In this document: one piece after another, positions 19,100 through 28,691 of the stretch | Layout of the letters: every line of letters begins with the position of its first letter | How positions within the stretch are numbered: the stretch's first letter is position 1 | The notes under the pieces: model-generated | What the model saw: the letters and a program-made list of their open reading frames with translations, nothing else | The model's database searches: none | Told to the model about the DNA's origin: nothing | NCBI GenBank assembly: GCA_027339965.1 | Contig: DAHWNL010000016.1 | Span: 32,001-96,000 of the forward strand | Length of the DNA: 64,000 nucleotides | DNA from: Granulicella sp. | GTDB taxonomy: Bacteria; Acidobacteriota; Terriglobia; Terriglobales; Acidobacteriaceae | Direction: 5' to 3' | Made by a program: the position numbers and the translations under genes

Positions 19100-20731
19100 A
19101 TGACTGACCGCATCGCTCCGCTGGCCTCCCGCCCAGCATGGAAGGCACTTCAGCAGCACGCCGACACCCTCCGTCCCCAGCATCTGCGCGACATCTTCCA
19201 GGCTGACCCCTCGCGCGGCAGCCGCTTCACGGCCCAGGCCTGCGGCCTCTTTCTGGACTACTCCAAGAACCGCATCACCGACGAAACCTTGAAGCTGCTG
19301 ATCGAACTGGCCCATCAGTCCGGCCTGCGCGAGCGCGCCGAGGCCATGTTTACGGGAAAAAAGATCAACACCACGGAGAATCGCGCCGTGCTCCATGTGG
19401 CCCTGCGCGCGCCACGATCGGAGTCCATCCTGGTGGACGGCGAGGATGTTGTTCCTGGCGTTCACCAGGTTCTGGACAAGATGGCCGCCTTCGCGGAGCA
19501 GATTCGCTCCGGCGCGTGGCTTGGATACACCGGGAAGCCGATCCGGAATATCGTCAACATCGGCATCGGCGGCTCTGACCTGGGCCCGGTGATGGCCTAC
19601 GAGGCTCTGCGTCATTACTCCCGGCGCGATCTCAACTTCCGCTTCGTCTCCAACGTCGATGGCACGGACTTTGCCGAGGCCGTGCGCGACTTCCATCCGG
19701 AAGAGACCCTCTTCCTGGTGGCCTCCAAGACCTTCACCACGCTTGAAACCATGACCAACGCCCACTCTGCCCGGGCCTGGACACTGGGCCGGCTCAAACA
19801 GACCGAGGCAATCGCCCGCCACTTCGCGGCCATCTCCACCAACGCCGAAGCCGTGACTAAGTTCGGGATCGACACCGCCAACATGTTTGGCTTCTGGGAC
19901 TGGGTCGGCGGACGCTACTCCATGGATTCAGCCATCGGCCTTTCGACCATGATCGCCATTGGGCCGGAGAACTTCCGCTCCTTGCTGGAGGGCTTCCACG
20001 CCATGGATGTTCACTTCCGGACCGCGCCCCTGGAGAAGAACCTCCCTGCGCTGCTCGGGCTGCTCACCGTCTGGTACACGAACTTCTTCCATGCCCAGAC
20101 CGTGGCCATCCTGCCCTATGAGCAGTATCTCAAGCGCTTCCCCGCCTACCTGCAGCAACTGACCATGGAGTCCAACGGCAAGCACGTCACCCTGGATGGT
20201 ACTGAGGTACAGGCCGATACCGGTCCCATCTACTGGGGCGAACCCGGCACCAACGGCCAGCACTCCTTCTACCAGCTCATTCATCAGGGTACCCGGCTGA
20301 TTCCTTGCGACTTCATCGGCTTTTACAAGAGCATCAACCCACTGGGCCGGCATCACGACATGCTGATGGCCAACGTCTTCGCCCAGGCCGAGGCGCTGGC
20401 CTTCGGCAAGACGGCCGCGGAGGTTCGCGCCGAAGGCGTCCCCGAGCCGCTGGTTCCCCATAAGGTCTTCGCCGGAAACCGCCCCTCGAACATCCTTCTG
20501 GCGGAACGCCTCACCCCCTACACGCTGGGTACGCTGGTGGCTCTTTACGAACACTCCGTCTTCACCCAGGGAGCGATCTGGTCGATCGACTCCTTTGACC
20601 AGTGGGGCGTCGAACTCGGCAAGGTCCTGGCCCAACGAATTCTGGGTGAGATCGAATCTCCCTCCGAGCCGTCTTTGGCGCACGATACCTCCACTTCCAA
20701 TCTGGTCCGGCTTTATCGAAGCCAAAGGTAG
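19100..20731 (+). CDS. pgi: Glucose-6-phosphate isomerase
   Basis: [63 protein letters not shown]. Confidence 0.98.
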   Translation: MTDRIAPLASRPAWKALQQHADTLRPQHLRDIFQADPSRGSRFTAQACGLFLDYSKNRITDETLKLLIELAHQSGLRERAEAMFTGKKINTTENRAVLHVALRAPRSESILVDGEDVVPGVHQVLDKMAAFAEQIRSGAWLGYTGKPIRNIVNIGIGGSDLGPVMAYEALRHYSRRDLNFRFVSNVDGTDFAEAVRDFHPEETLFLVASKTFTTLETMTNAHSARAWTLGRLKQTEAIARHFAAISTNAEAVTKFGIDTANMFGFWDWVGGRYSMDSAIGLSTMIAIGPENFRSLLEGFHAMDVHFRTAPLEKNLPALLGLLTVWYTNFFHAQTVAILPYEQYLKRFPAYLQQLTMESNGKHVTLDGTEVQADTGPIYWGEPGTNGQHSFYQLIHQGTRLIPCDFIGFYKSINPLGRHHDMLMANVFAQAEALAFGKTAAEVRAEGVPEPLVPHKVFAGNRPSNILLAERLTPYTLGTLVALYEHSVFTQGAIWSIDSFDQWGVELGKVLAQRILGEIESPSEPSLAHDTSTSNLVRLYRSQR

Positions 20732-20839
20732 GTGGACGTTCCTCGACGGCAACCGGTTTGAGACGATTACCAGCATCTTTTGCGGCTGGACTCTCGAATA
20801 TCGACCAATCATGTCCGGCAAATAATTGCATCGAAATGG

Positions 20840-20858
20840 TTGTGCGTTTATCGTAGAA
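20840..20858. promoter_or_regulatory. PcaR/PobR-type operator-like palindrome
   Basis: TTGTGCGTTTATCGTAGAA; the reverse strand matches the PcaR-box consensus GTTCGATAATCGCAC (from memory) at 12/15, directly upstream of a PcaR-like gene. Confidence 0.55.
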
Positions 20859-20920
20859 ATGGAGCGGCCATCGCTTGGAATCCTTGAATGCCAGGCGATG
20901 GCCCTGCCTGGAGCCTTTCG

Positions 20921-21772
20921 ATGACGCCTCGATTGTCAATCGCCGCAGCGACCTCTTCGCCGACGGCTCCCGCCAAAGCCAAGATCCTCCCCGGCGTCGC
21001 CCTGGATTCCTACACTGGAGACCCGAACTTCATGGCCTCGCTGGCCCGAGGCCTTGTGGTGATTGAAGCCTTCACGCCCCAGTCGCCGCAGATGACCATC
21101 TCGCAGCTCTCCCAGCGCACAGGCCTCTCCCGAGCGGCTGTGCGCCGCTGCCTTTATACCCTGGTCAAGCTGGGCTTTGCCGGGGCCGATGAGTCCCAGC
21201 GTTACTCTTTGCGCCCCAAGATGCTCTCCCTGGCCAACACCTACACCGCGTCCAGCACCTTGGCCAACGCCGCCCAACCGATCCTGGAACGGATGTCCAA
21301 CACCTACCATGAGAGCTTCTCGGTCGCCACGCTGGACGGCGACCAGATTGTTTACATCGCGCGCAGCAGCGTCACGCGCGTGATGTCCGTGGATCTGCAC
21401 ATCGGTTCTCGCCTGCCTGCCTTCTGCACCAGCATGGGGCGCGTCCTGCTCGCCTACCTCCCCCAGGATCAGCTCGAGGCCACACTCTCGCATCTGGTGC
21501 TCACCCAGTACACGCCACGCACCATCAGCTCCATCGACAAACTGCGTCTGGCGCTGCGCAACGTCCGGCGCAACGGCTATGCCCTGGTGGACCAGGAGTA
21601 TGAGATCGGCCTCCGCTCCATCGCTGTACCCATCTACGCGGGCAACGGCCGTGTGGTCGCCGTGGTGAACCTGAGTGGCCATGCCCCGCGCATCCCCATG
21701 TTGGAGATGCAGACCCGCTTCCTGCCTCCGCTGCGTGCGGCTGCCGCCGAACTCAGCGTCTTCCTGCGCTGA
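20921..21772 (+). CDS. IclR-family regulator, PcaR/PobR subfamily
   Basis: FMASLARGLVVIEAF, TGLSRAAVRRCLYTL, GSRLPAFCTSMGRVLLA, GYALVDQEYEIGLRSIAVP. Confidence 0.9.
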   Translation: MTPRLSIAAATSSPTAPAKAKILPGVALDSYTGDPNFMASLARGLVVIEAFTPQSPQMTISQLSQRTGLSRAAVRRCLYTLVKLGFAGADESQRYSLRPKMLSLANTYTASSTLANAAQPILERMSNTYHESFSVATLDGDQIVYIARSSVTRVMSVDLHIGSRLPAFCTSMGRVLLAYLPQDQLEATLSHLVLTQYTPRTISSIDKLRLALRNVRRNGYALVDQEYEIGLRSIAVPIYAGNGRVVAVVNLSGHAPRIPMLEMQTRFLPPLRAAAAELSVFLR

Positions 21773-21966
21773 AGATCTTCCCTGCCGGCCTGGCCCAGCG
21801 CCCGACCCGGGATGGGCGTAGCGCCGCTCGCCAGCGGCGAAGTCTTGCCAAGAGCTCCTCTTGCTCAACCCTCATCACCATTACAAATCTCTTACACGCG
21901 CCGGCCCGGCACCCGAGTATCGTCTTCAATAAGGACTCGGAGAGTCCAGACTTCCTGCCAAGGACA

Positions 21967-22956
21967 ATGATGCCAGCGATGAATTCAACCCTACTCGACG
22001 TTGAAACCGGAGCGGCTACCCCTGCCGGCGCTCTGCTTGCCGTTCAAGAGATCCAGATCAAAATCAAGCAGGATCTCCGCATGGGCCGCCAGTATCAGCA
22101 GGGCCGGATCAACTGGATCACGGCCGTTGCCATGGGCCTTTTCCACCTCGGCGCGCTGGCCGCCCTGTTCTTCTTCTCCTGGAAGAATCTGGCTGCCTTT
22201 TGCATCATGTACTTCTTTGCCATCAATGTGGGAATCGGCATGGCCTACCACCGTCTGCTGACGCACCGCGGCTACAAGACGCCGGCATGGCTGGAGTACC
22301 TGATCACCGCCTGCGGCTGTCTTGCCCTGGAAGGCGGTCCCATCTTCTGGGTGGCCACTCATCGAGTCCATCATCAGAACTCTGACCAGGAGGGCGACCC
22401 TCACACCCCCCATGAGGGCACCTGGTGGGCACACGCCGGCTGGATCCTCTCCGGCCGGGCGCTGCACTCGGAGACGGCTCTGCTGGGCCGCTACGCTCCA
22501 GACCTGACCCGCGACCGCGTCCACGTTTGGCTCTCCAAGTATCACTACGTCCCCTTGATCGTCACCGGGCTGGCCCAACTCGCCCTTGGCGCAGCGCTCG
22601 CCCCCGGCCATCGCATCGCCGGCGCCATCGGCATGGTGCTGTGGGGAACCTTCCTTCGCGTTACGATTGGCCTCCACGCCACATGGCTGGTCAACTCCGC
22701 AACGCACATGTGGGGCAAACGCCGCTTTGAAACCAAGGACGACTCACGCAACAACTGGTGGGTGGCCCTGCTCACCGGCGGCGAAGGTTGGCATAACAAC
22801 CACCACGCCCACCCCGTGAGCGCCCGTCACGGCCTCACCTGGTACGAGTTCGATATCAACTACTATGGCATCTGGCTGCTCTCCAAAGTCGGCCTCGCCC
22901 GGAAGGTCCAGATCGCCAAGTTCGACCCCGCTGATCCCAGGCCCGCCGGGGTGTAG
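21967..22956 (+). CDS. Membrane fatty-acid (acyl-CoA, delta-9-type) desaturase
   Basis: His boxes HRLLTH, HRVHH, HNNHH; NSATH; GEGWHNNHH. Confidence 0.93.
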   Translation: MMPAMNSTLLDVETGAATPAGALLAVQEIQIKIKQDLRMGRQYQQGRINWITAVAMGLFHLGALAALFFFSWKNLAAFCIMYFFAINVGIGMAYHRLLTHRGYKTPAWLEYLITACGCLALEGGPIFWVATHRVHHQNSDQEGDPHTPHEGTWWAHAGWILSGRALHSETALLGRYAPDLTRDRVHVWLSKYHYVPLIVTGLAQLALGAALAPGHRIAGAIGMVLWGTFLRVTIGLHATWLVNSATHMWGKRRFETKDDSRNNWWVALLTGGEGWHNNHHAHPVSARHGLTWYEFDINYYGIWLLSKVGLARKVQIAKFDPADPRPAGV

Positions 22957-23050
22957 AACACCCCCATCATCCGGAACAGCATCATCAGAGATTGCAACCA
23001 GGCCACCCGGCAGCGCCGGGCGGGCCGGGTTGCTCTATGCTCGTTAATGC

Positions 23051-23977
23051 ATGAACCTTAACCGACGCCGCGGAGCCAAAGCGTTTTTCATCGCGCTGGG
23101 TGTGTGCCTCACCGCCGTGGCCATCATCCTCAACATCACCTGGATTCATCACAACAGCCGCCGCATCGCCATCGACTTTCTGGGCGTCGTTCTTTTCCTC
23201 ATCCTGATCGCCGGCCTGGTGCTGAACACCGTCTTTCTGGTCCGCGAGGTGCGCCGCAACGAGCGTCAGGACTCTTTTCTCAAGGCCGTCACCCACGAGC
23301 TCAAAACTCCTCTCGCCAGCATCCGTCTCTACCTGGACACCCTGGAGCGTCATCCCGGCGACGAACAGCAACGGCGGCGGTTTTACGCCATCATGCGGGA
23401 GGATAGCGACCGTCTGCTCGCCACCGTGGAGAGCGTCCTGAAGGCCGGAGAACTAGGTCAGCGCCATCGTATCCAGCAGCGCACCCGGGTTGAACTCTAT
23501 CCTCTGGTTGCCGAATGCATCTCCACCGTCCTGATTCGCCACCACCTGCCGCCGGACAACATCATCCTCCAGGAGATTCCGGGAAGTGTCCGGCTCTTCG
23601 TCCTGGCCAACATCGATGATCTTCGCACGGCCATCCTCAACCTGCTGGACAATGCCGTGAAATACTCTCCTCAGGGCGTCTGCGTCCACTGCAAACTGGC
23701 CATCGAACGTTATACCTGGGTGGTTCTCTCCATCTCCGACAACGGCCTTGGGCTTCTTCCCCGCGAGATAACGCGCATCTTCAAACGTTTCTACCGCGCC
23801 CCTTCCAACGATCAGGTTAAGATCAAAGGAACCGGTCTTGGTCTCTTCCTGGTCCGCACCATCGCCCGACAGCACGGTGGCAGCGTCCGCGCCATCAGCC
23901 AGGGACAGGGCAAGGGAAGCACGTTCCAGCTCAAACTTCCGCTCTCCATCGGCAACCCGCACTCCGACACACCATGA
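23051..23977 (+). CDS. Sensor histidine kinase with two TM helices and a very short loop
   Basis: VTHELKTPLASI, NLLDNAVKYS, DNGLG, IFKRFYR, GTGLGL. Confidence 0.93.
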   Translation: MNLNRRRGAKAFFIALGVCLTAVAIILNITWIHHNSRRIAIDFLGVVLFLILIAGLVLNTVFLVREVRRNERQDSFLKAVTHELKTPLASIRLYLDTLERHPGDEQQRRRFYAIMREDSDRLLATVESVLKAGELGQRHRIQQRTRVELYPLVAECISTVLIRHHLPPDNIILQEIPGSVRLFVLANIDDLRTAILNLLDNAVKYSPQGVCVHCKLAIERYTWVVLSISDNGLGLLPREITRIFKRFYRAPSNDQVKIKGTGLGLFLVRTIARQHGGSVRAISQGQGKGSTFQLKLPLSIGNPHSDTP

Positions 23978-24672
23978 ACCTTACAAATATTCTTCTGCTA
24001 TGGAAGTTCTTTGCTCTCGCCTTCAGCGCGCTTCTTCCGCTGGTCAATCCCCTGGGCTCGGCGCTGCTCATCGTCGGCTTTGTGGGCTCCGTGCCCATCC
24101 ACCTTTATCAATCCCTGGCTCGGCGTATCGCCATCTATGTTCTCTTCTTCTTCGGCATCATTGAGGTCATCGGCTCGGCCATCCTCAACTTCTTCGGCGT
24201 CTCTCTGCCCATCATGCAGGTCTCCGGCGGACTGGTCATCGCGGCCATGGGCTGGGGGTTGCTCAATCAGAAGAGCACCACCTCCAGCACCGACGACAAA
24301 AAGTCTCAGGTTGAACCGGAAGACACCAACGCCATCTCCTCCTCTCTTTCTGAAAGGTCCTTCTACCCTTTTACCTTTCCGCTGACCGTCGGTCCGGGTT
24401 GCCTGGTCGTCACCCTCACGCTGAGCGCCAAGGCCACTCAAGGCAACCTCCCCAACACAATGTTCGCGCATGGCGGCATCTTCCTGGCCAGCATCGCCAT
24501 GAGCGCCATCATTTACATCACTTACGCCAACGCTCCTCGCATCACCAAGGCCATCTCGCCTTCCACGGCGCATGGCGTCCTGCGGGTCATTGCCTTCTTC
24601 CTGTTCTGCATCGGCGTACAGATCACCTGGACCGGCCTGAGCGAGTTGCTGACACACTTTCTTCACCACTAG
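23974..24672 (+). CDS. MarC-family membrane protein
   Basis: LVNPLG, ILNFFGVSLP..QVSGGL, FYPFTFPLTVGPG, RVIAFFLFCIGVQI; ATGA overlap with the kinase. Confidence 0.9.
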   Translation: MNLTNILLLWKFFALAFSALLPLVNPLGSALLIVGFVGSVPIHLYQSLARRIAIYVLFFFGIIEVIGSAILNFFGVSLPIMQVSGGLVIAAMGWGLLNQKSTTSSTDDKKSQVEPEDTNAISSSLSERSFYPFTFPLTVGPGCLVVTLTLSAKATQGNLPNTMFAHGGIFLASIAMSAIIYITYANAPRITKAISPSTAHGVLRVIAFFLFCIGVQITWTGLSELLTHFLHH

Positions 24673-24822
24673 GAATTCTCGTGAAAAGCAACAGTCTGGG
24701 TGGAAAGCCATCCGATCCACCGCCTGCCTCTGCCGCCGCTCCACCATGTGCCGCGTCTCGTCCACTGCTTCGGCGCTCCTTTCAACCAACCCGTCGTTCG
24801 GACCAATAACCTTCCTGCTCGC

Positions 24823-25587
24823 ATGACCCATCCCGGCCTCCTGATCGCTGTCATTGAAGACGAAGAGCACCTCGCCCAGGGCCTGCTCTTCAACCTGCAA
24901 GCTGAAGGTTACCGCACCCACCATGAGGCCGACGGCGGGGCTGCGCTGCGCTGGCTGCTGCAGGCCACCAGCGCCGCATCCGGAGATCAGCCTGCCGCCA
25001 TTCTGCTGGACGTCATGCTGCCCGGGCGCGACGGCTTCTCCATCGTGAGTGCGCTTCGCCAGTCTGGCTGCTACACCCCGGTTCTGATTCTGACGGCGCG
25101 AGGCCGCAGCGAAGATATCGTCGCCGGCTTCGCCGCCGGCGCCGACGACTACCTCCCCAAGCCCTTCGACCTGGACGTCCTGATGGCTCGCCTTTCCGCC
25201 CTGCTGCGGCGCATGCACTGGCACAAGGCCATTCCTGCAAACGCGCCGGCACCCACGACCGGAACCGAAATCACCCTGGCCGGCCACATCATCAACCTGG
25301 ACACGCTGGAGATTCGCCCCCTTCATCCCCAGAGCCCTGACGCCAAAACCATCCATCTCACCCTGATGGAGGCCGAACTTCTACGTTATCTGTTGGACCA
25401 TCCAGGCAAGGTGATCTCCCGCTCCGAACTGCTGGAAAATGTCTGGCACGTCCGCGAAGATACGGACACGCGGGCCATCGACAACTTCATCGTCCGCCTG
25501 CGCCGCTACCTGGAACCAAACCCCGCCAAGCCGGTTCACCTGCTCACCATCCGCGCCGTCGGTTATCGCTTTCTTCCAGAGCCTTAA
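24823..25587 (+). CDS. OmpR-family response regulator
   Basis: IEDEEHLA, LLDVMLPGRDG, GADDYLPKPF, winged helix TRAIDNFIVRLRRYLE...TIRAVGYRF. Confidence 0.93.
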   Translation: MTHPGLLIAVIEDEEHLAQGLLFNLQAEGYRTHHEADGGAALRWLLQATSAASGDQPAAILLDVMLPGRDGFSIVSALRQSGCYTPVLILTARGRSEDIVAGFAAGADDYLPKPFDLDVLMARLSALLRRMHWHKAIPANAPAPTTGTEITLAGHIINLDTLEIRPLHPQSPDAKTIHLTLMEAELLRYLLDHPGKVISRSELLENVWHVREDTDTRAIDNFIVRLRRYLEPNPAKPVHLLTIRAVGYRFLPEP

Positions 25588-26017
25588 AGGGAACCTCCGC
25601 GTGCTTGTCCGGCCCGGCGAAGGCCCGGAGAAGGCCGGGACAAGCCCTTCAAACCTGCGCCGCGCACAGCGGGTCGCGTCTCAGAGTCTCCTCACGCCGC
25701 CACCCTGCCCGGCGAGCTTTTGCGCCTCTTTCCTCAGCTCCGCAAAGATTCCCAGCCGCGCCTTTTGCAGAGCTCCGCTCGATCGTTCCGGCTTTTTTGG
25801 CCAACCCCGCGGTCAGCCCTGCGCTCTCCAGCTCATCTTGCCCCTCTCCTCTCCATCCGACCCGCCATCGCCTTGAACCCATCGTTCCCCGGCCAAACCG
25901 GTGTCGACCGCGCGGAATGATCCAGACGTCCTTCGAAAGCCTGAACAGAACATCAACCGATCGAAGCATATAGAATCTGCCCGCGTCCGCATCCTCGCAG
26001 GCGCATCATATTTAATT

Positions 26018-26227
26018 ATGGCGACACTTTCCTTGCACATCGAGAACATGCACTGCGGGTCCTGCATCCGCCACGTCACTCAGGCCCTCAACACCCTTCC
26101 CGGCACCCACGCCGAAGAGGTCCGCATCGGCAGCGCACGCATTACCACTAGCGCCGAGCCGGAACAGATTCAACAAGCCTTGAAAGCGGCCGGCTATCCG
26201 GCCTTCGTCGATCCGGCCAGTGTATGA
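26018..26227 (+). CDS. HMA-domain copper chaperone (CopZ-like)
   Basis: [16 protein letters not shown]...AGY; overlaps the copA start. Confidence 0.88.
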   Translation: MATLSLHIENMHCGSCIRHVTQALNTLPGTHAEEVRIGSARITTSAEPEQIQQALKAAGYPAFVDPASV

Positions 26228-28614
26228 GCGAACAATTCCTCAGCATCCAGGGCATGACCTGCGCCTCGTGCCAGATCCATGTACAGAAGGCGCTGCGGGC
26301 GGTTCCGGGGGTCCAATCTGCCAGCGTCAACCTGATGGCGCACACGGCCCAGATCTCCGCTGAGACGCCCATCGCAGTCGAGACGCTCATTACTGCCGTG
26401 CGAAACTCCGGCTATGACGCCTCTTTGCCTCCGGCCTCCGGCTCGCTCCAGGCTGACTTGTCGCGTGGCTCGGCAACCACAAGCTCCTCCGCCATTGACG
26501 AGCAAGCAGACGCCGGAATGCACTCTCTTGGTCTGCGCGCCGGCCTCGCTCTGGCCGCCGGCGTCATCGCCATGGCTCTGTCGATGCTGCTCTCGAACTC
26601 CGGTACTCTTCCCCCATGGGCGCGCCTGCCTGCGCCGCCCATCCGCTGGCTCCTCTGCATGCTGTCTCTGGCGACCATGCTCTTTGCCGCCCCGGAAATT
26701 TATAGCGCCGCGTGGCGAGCCGCGCGGCATGGCGCCACCAACATGAACACGCTGGTCGCCCTGGGCACGCTGGCCGGCTTCACAGCCTCCTTTGCCGCCA
26801 CCATCGCTCCCGCCTACTGCCTCCGCCACGGGCTCTCTTCCGCGATCTACTACGAAGCGGTGATCTTCATCCTCGCCTTTTTACTCGCCGGCCGCTGGCT
26901 GGAGGCCCGGGCCCGAGCCCGAGCCTCCGGCGCCTTGCGCAGCTTTGCCCGGCTGGAGTCCTCCGACGCCCGCCTACTTGACCCCGCCGCCGGAAATATT
27001 GCCGGCGAAGACTCAGCCCCGGTCGATTACAGCCGTCTTCCCGAAACCATCCTGCCACTCTCCGCCATCGTTCCCAACGATCTGATCCGGGTTCTGCCCG
27101 GCGACCGGATTCCGCTCGACGGTCTCATCGTGGATGGCCGCAGTTCGGTCGACGAGTCCATGCTCACCGGAGAGCCTCTGCCGGTCACCCGCTCCGCCGG
27201 TGATCCCGTCTCCGGTGGCACCCTCAACCTGGATGGACCGCTGGTGATTCAGGCGACAGCCGTTGGACAAGACTCAACGCTGGCGCAGATGCGGCGGCTG
27301 CTGGAGCAGGCGCAGTCCAGCCGCGCTCCCCTGCAACGCCTGGCAGACAGAGCCAGCGCCATCTTCGTCCCCACGGTCCTTACCCTCTCCGCACTCACTT
27401 TTCTGTTCTGGTCGGTTGTCCTGAACACCGGAGGTCACCACGAAGGTTATGGCCGTGCCCTCTCCATGGCGATCTCGGTTCTTATCATCGCTTGCCCTTG
27501 CGCGATGGGGCTGGCCGTCCCGGCCGCGATCACCGTTTCCCTGGGCCGGGCCGCCCAGTCCGGCCTGCTCATCAAAGGGGGCGAAGCCCTGGAACGGCTC
27601 GCTGAAGTGGATACCATCGCTCTGGACAAAACCGGAACCCTCACCGAGGGACGCCCCCGCATCGCAGCCTTCGTTTTGTCCCCAGCCGCCATCCTCGACG
27701 CGCCCACGCTGCTGGCCTGCGCACAGGCCACCGAGCGCCTCTCCACCCATCCGCTGGCGCAAGCCGTGGTCGAGTACGTTCCCTCCGCCGAGCAAACCCT
27801 GGCACTCCCCAGCCCTCCATCCCCACCCACCATCACCGACCACCGCACGCTTCCGGGCATCGGAATCACCGCCACAATCTCCCTGGCCGACGGCAAGACC
27901 CTTCGCCTGGCTCTGGGGAATGCCTCCTTGCTCCCTTCCTCCGGGCTGCATGGTCAAATGGCCGCTGAGCTTCAGCCACCCGGCGACCTGCCCAATGCCA
28001 CACCTCTCTACCTGCTGCTCGACGACATCCCGCAAGCGGTCTTCTTCGCCACCGACGAACTCCGGCCCAGCGCAGGCACGGCCGTAGCCCAACTGGAACG
28101 ACTGCGGGTTCATCCTGTGCTGCTCACCGGCGATGTGGCCTCCTCCGCCAACGCGCTCGCGCGGCAGGCTGGAATCGGCGATGTACACTCCCACCTGCTC
28201 CCAGCGGAGAAACTTGCCGTCATCGGCGCTCTGCAATCCGCAGGCCACAGGGTCGCCATGGCCGGCGACGGCATCAATGACGCGGCGGCGCTCGCCCAGG
28301 CTGACGCCGGCCTGGCCATGGCGTCCGGCTCCGATCTGGCTCGCGAAGCCGGCGACATCCTTCTGCTGCACCCTGATCTCTGCCTGCTCCCGCTCGCCGT
28401 TCGCATCAGCCGGCGCACGGTGAGGATCATGCGCCAGAACCTGGGTTGGGCCATGGTCTACAACCTGATCGGAATTCCTTTGGCCGCCGGCCTCCTCTAC
28501 CCGTACTTTCACATCCTGCTCAGCCCGATCCTCGCCAGCGCCGCCATGGCTCTCAGCTCGGTGAGCGTGCTCACCAACTCACTGCGCCTGCGGTCTTTAC
28601 CCAACGCCCGGTAA
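26224..28614 (+). CDS. copA: Cu(I)-translocating P1B-type ATPase
   Basis: GMTCASC, TGE, CPC, DKTGT, HP, GDGINDA, YN, MALSS. Confidence 0.93.
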   Translation: MSEQFLSIQGMTCASCQIHVQKALRAVPGVQSASVNLMAHTAQISAETPIAVETLITAVRNSGYDASLPPASGSLQADLSRGSATTSSSAIDEQADAGMHSLGLRAGLALAAGVIAMALSMLLSNSGTLPPWARLPAPPIRWLLCMLSLATMLFAAPEIYSAAWRAARHGATNMNTLVALGTLAGFTASFAATIAPAYCLRHGLSSAIYYEAVIFILAFLLAGRWLEARARARASGALRSFARLESSDARLLDPAAGNIAGEDSAPVDYSRLPETILPLSAIVPNDLIRVLPGDRIPLDGLIVDGRSSVDESMLTGEPLPVTRSAGDPVSGGTLNLDGPLVIQATAVGQDSTLAQMRRLLEQAQSSRAPLQRLADRASAIFVPTVLTLSALTFLFWSVVLNTGGHHEGYGRALSMAISVLIIACPCAMGLAVPAAITVSLGRAAQSGLLIKGGEALERLAEVDTIALDKTGTLTEGRPRIAAFVLSPAAILDAPTLLACAQATERLSTHPLAQAVVEYVPSAEQTLALPSPPSPPTITDHRTLPGIGITATISLADGKTLRLALGNASLLPSSGLHGQMAAELQPPGDLPNATPLYLLLDDIPQAVFFATDELRPSAGTAVAQLERLRVHPVLLTGDVASSANALARQAGIGDVHSHLLPAEKLAVIGALQSAGHRVAMAGDGINDAAALAQADAGLAMASGSDLAREAGDILLLHPDLCLLPLAVRISRRTVRIMRQNLGWAMVYNLIGIPLAAGLLYPYFHILLSPILASAAMALSSVSVLTNSLRLRSLPNAR

Positions 28615-28691
28615 CCTTCCAACCTTCTCCTGTGTTCTGCGCGCCCGTCTCCACGCGATACACTTAAACCACCGCCGTGGGCGGGTTCAAC

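Noticed and set aside
25588..26017. CsoR/CueR copper operator or extra gene upstream of copZ-copA
   Set aside because: No recognisable operator palindrome, and the short ORFs there lack coding character.
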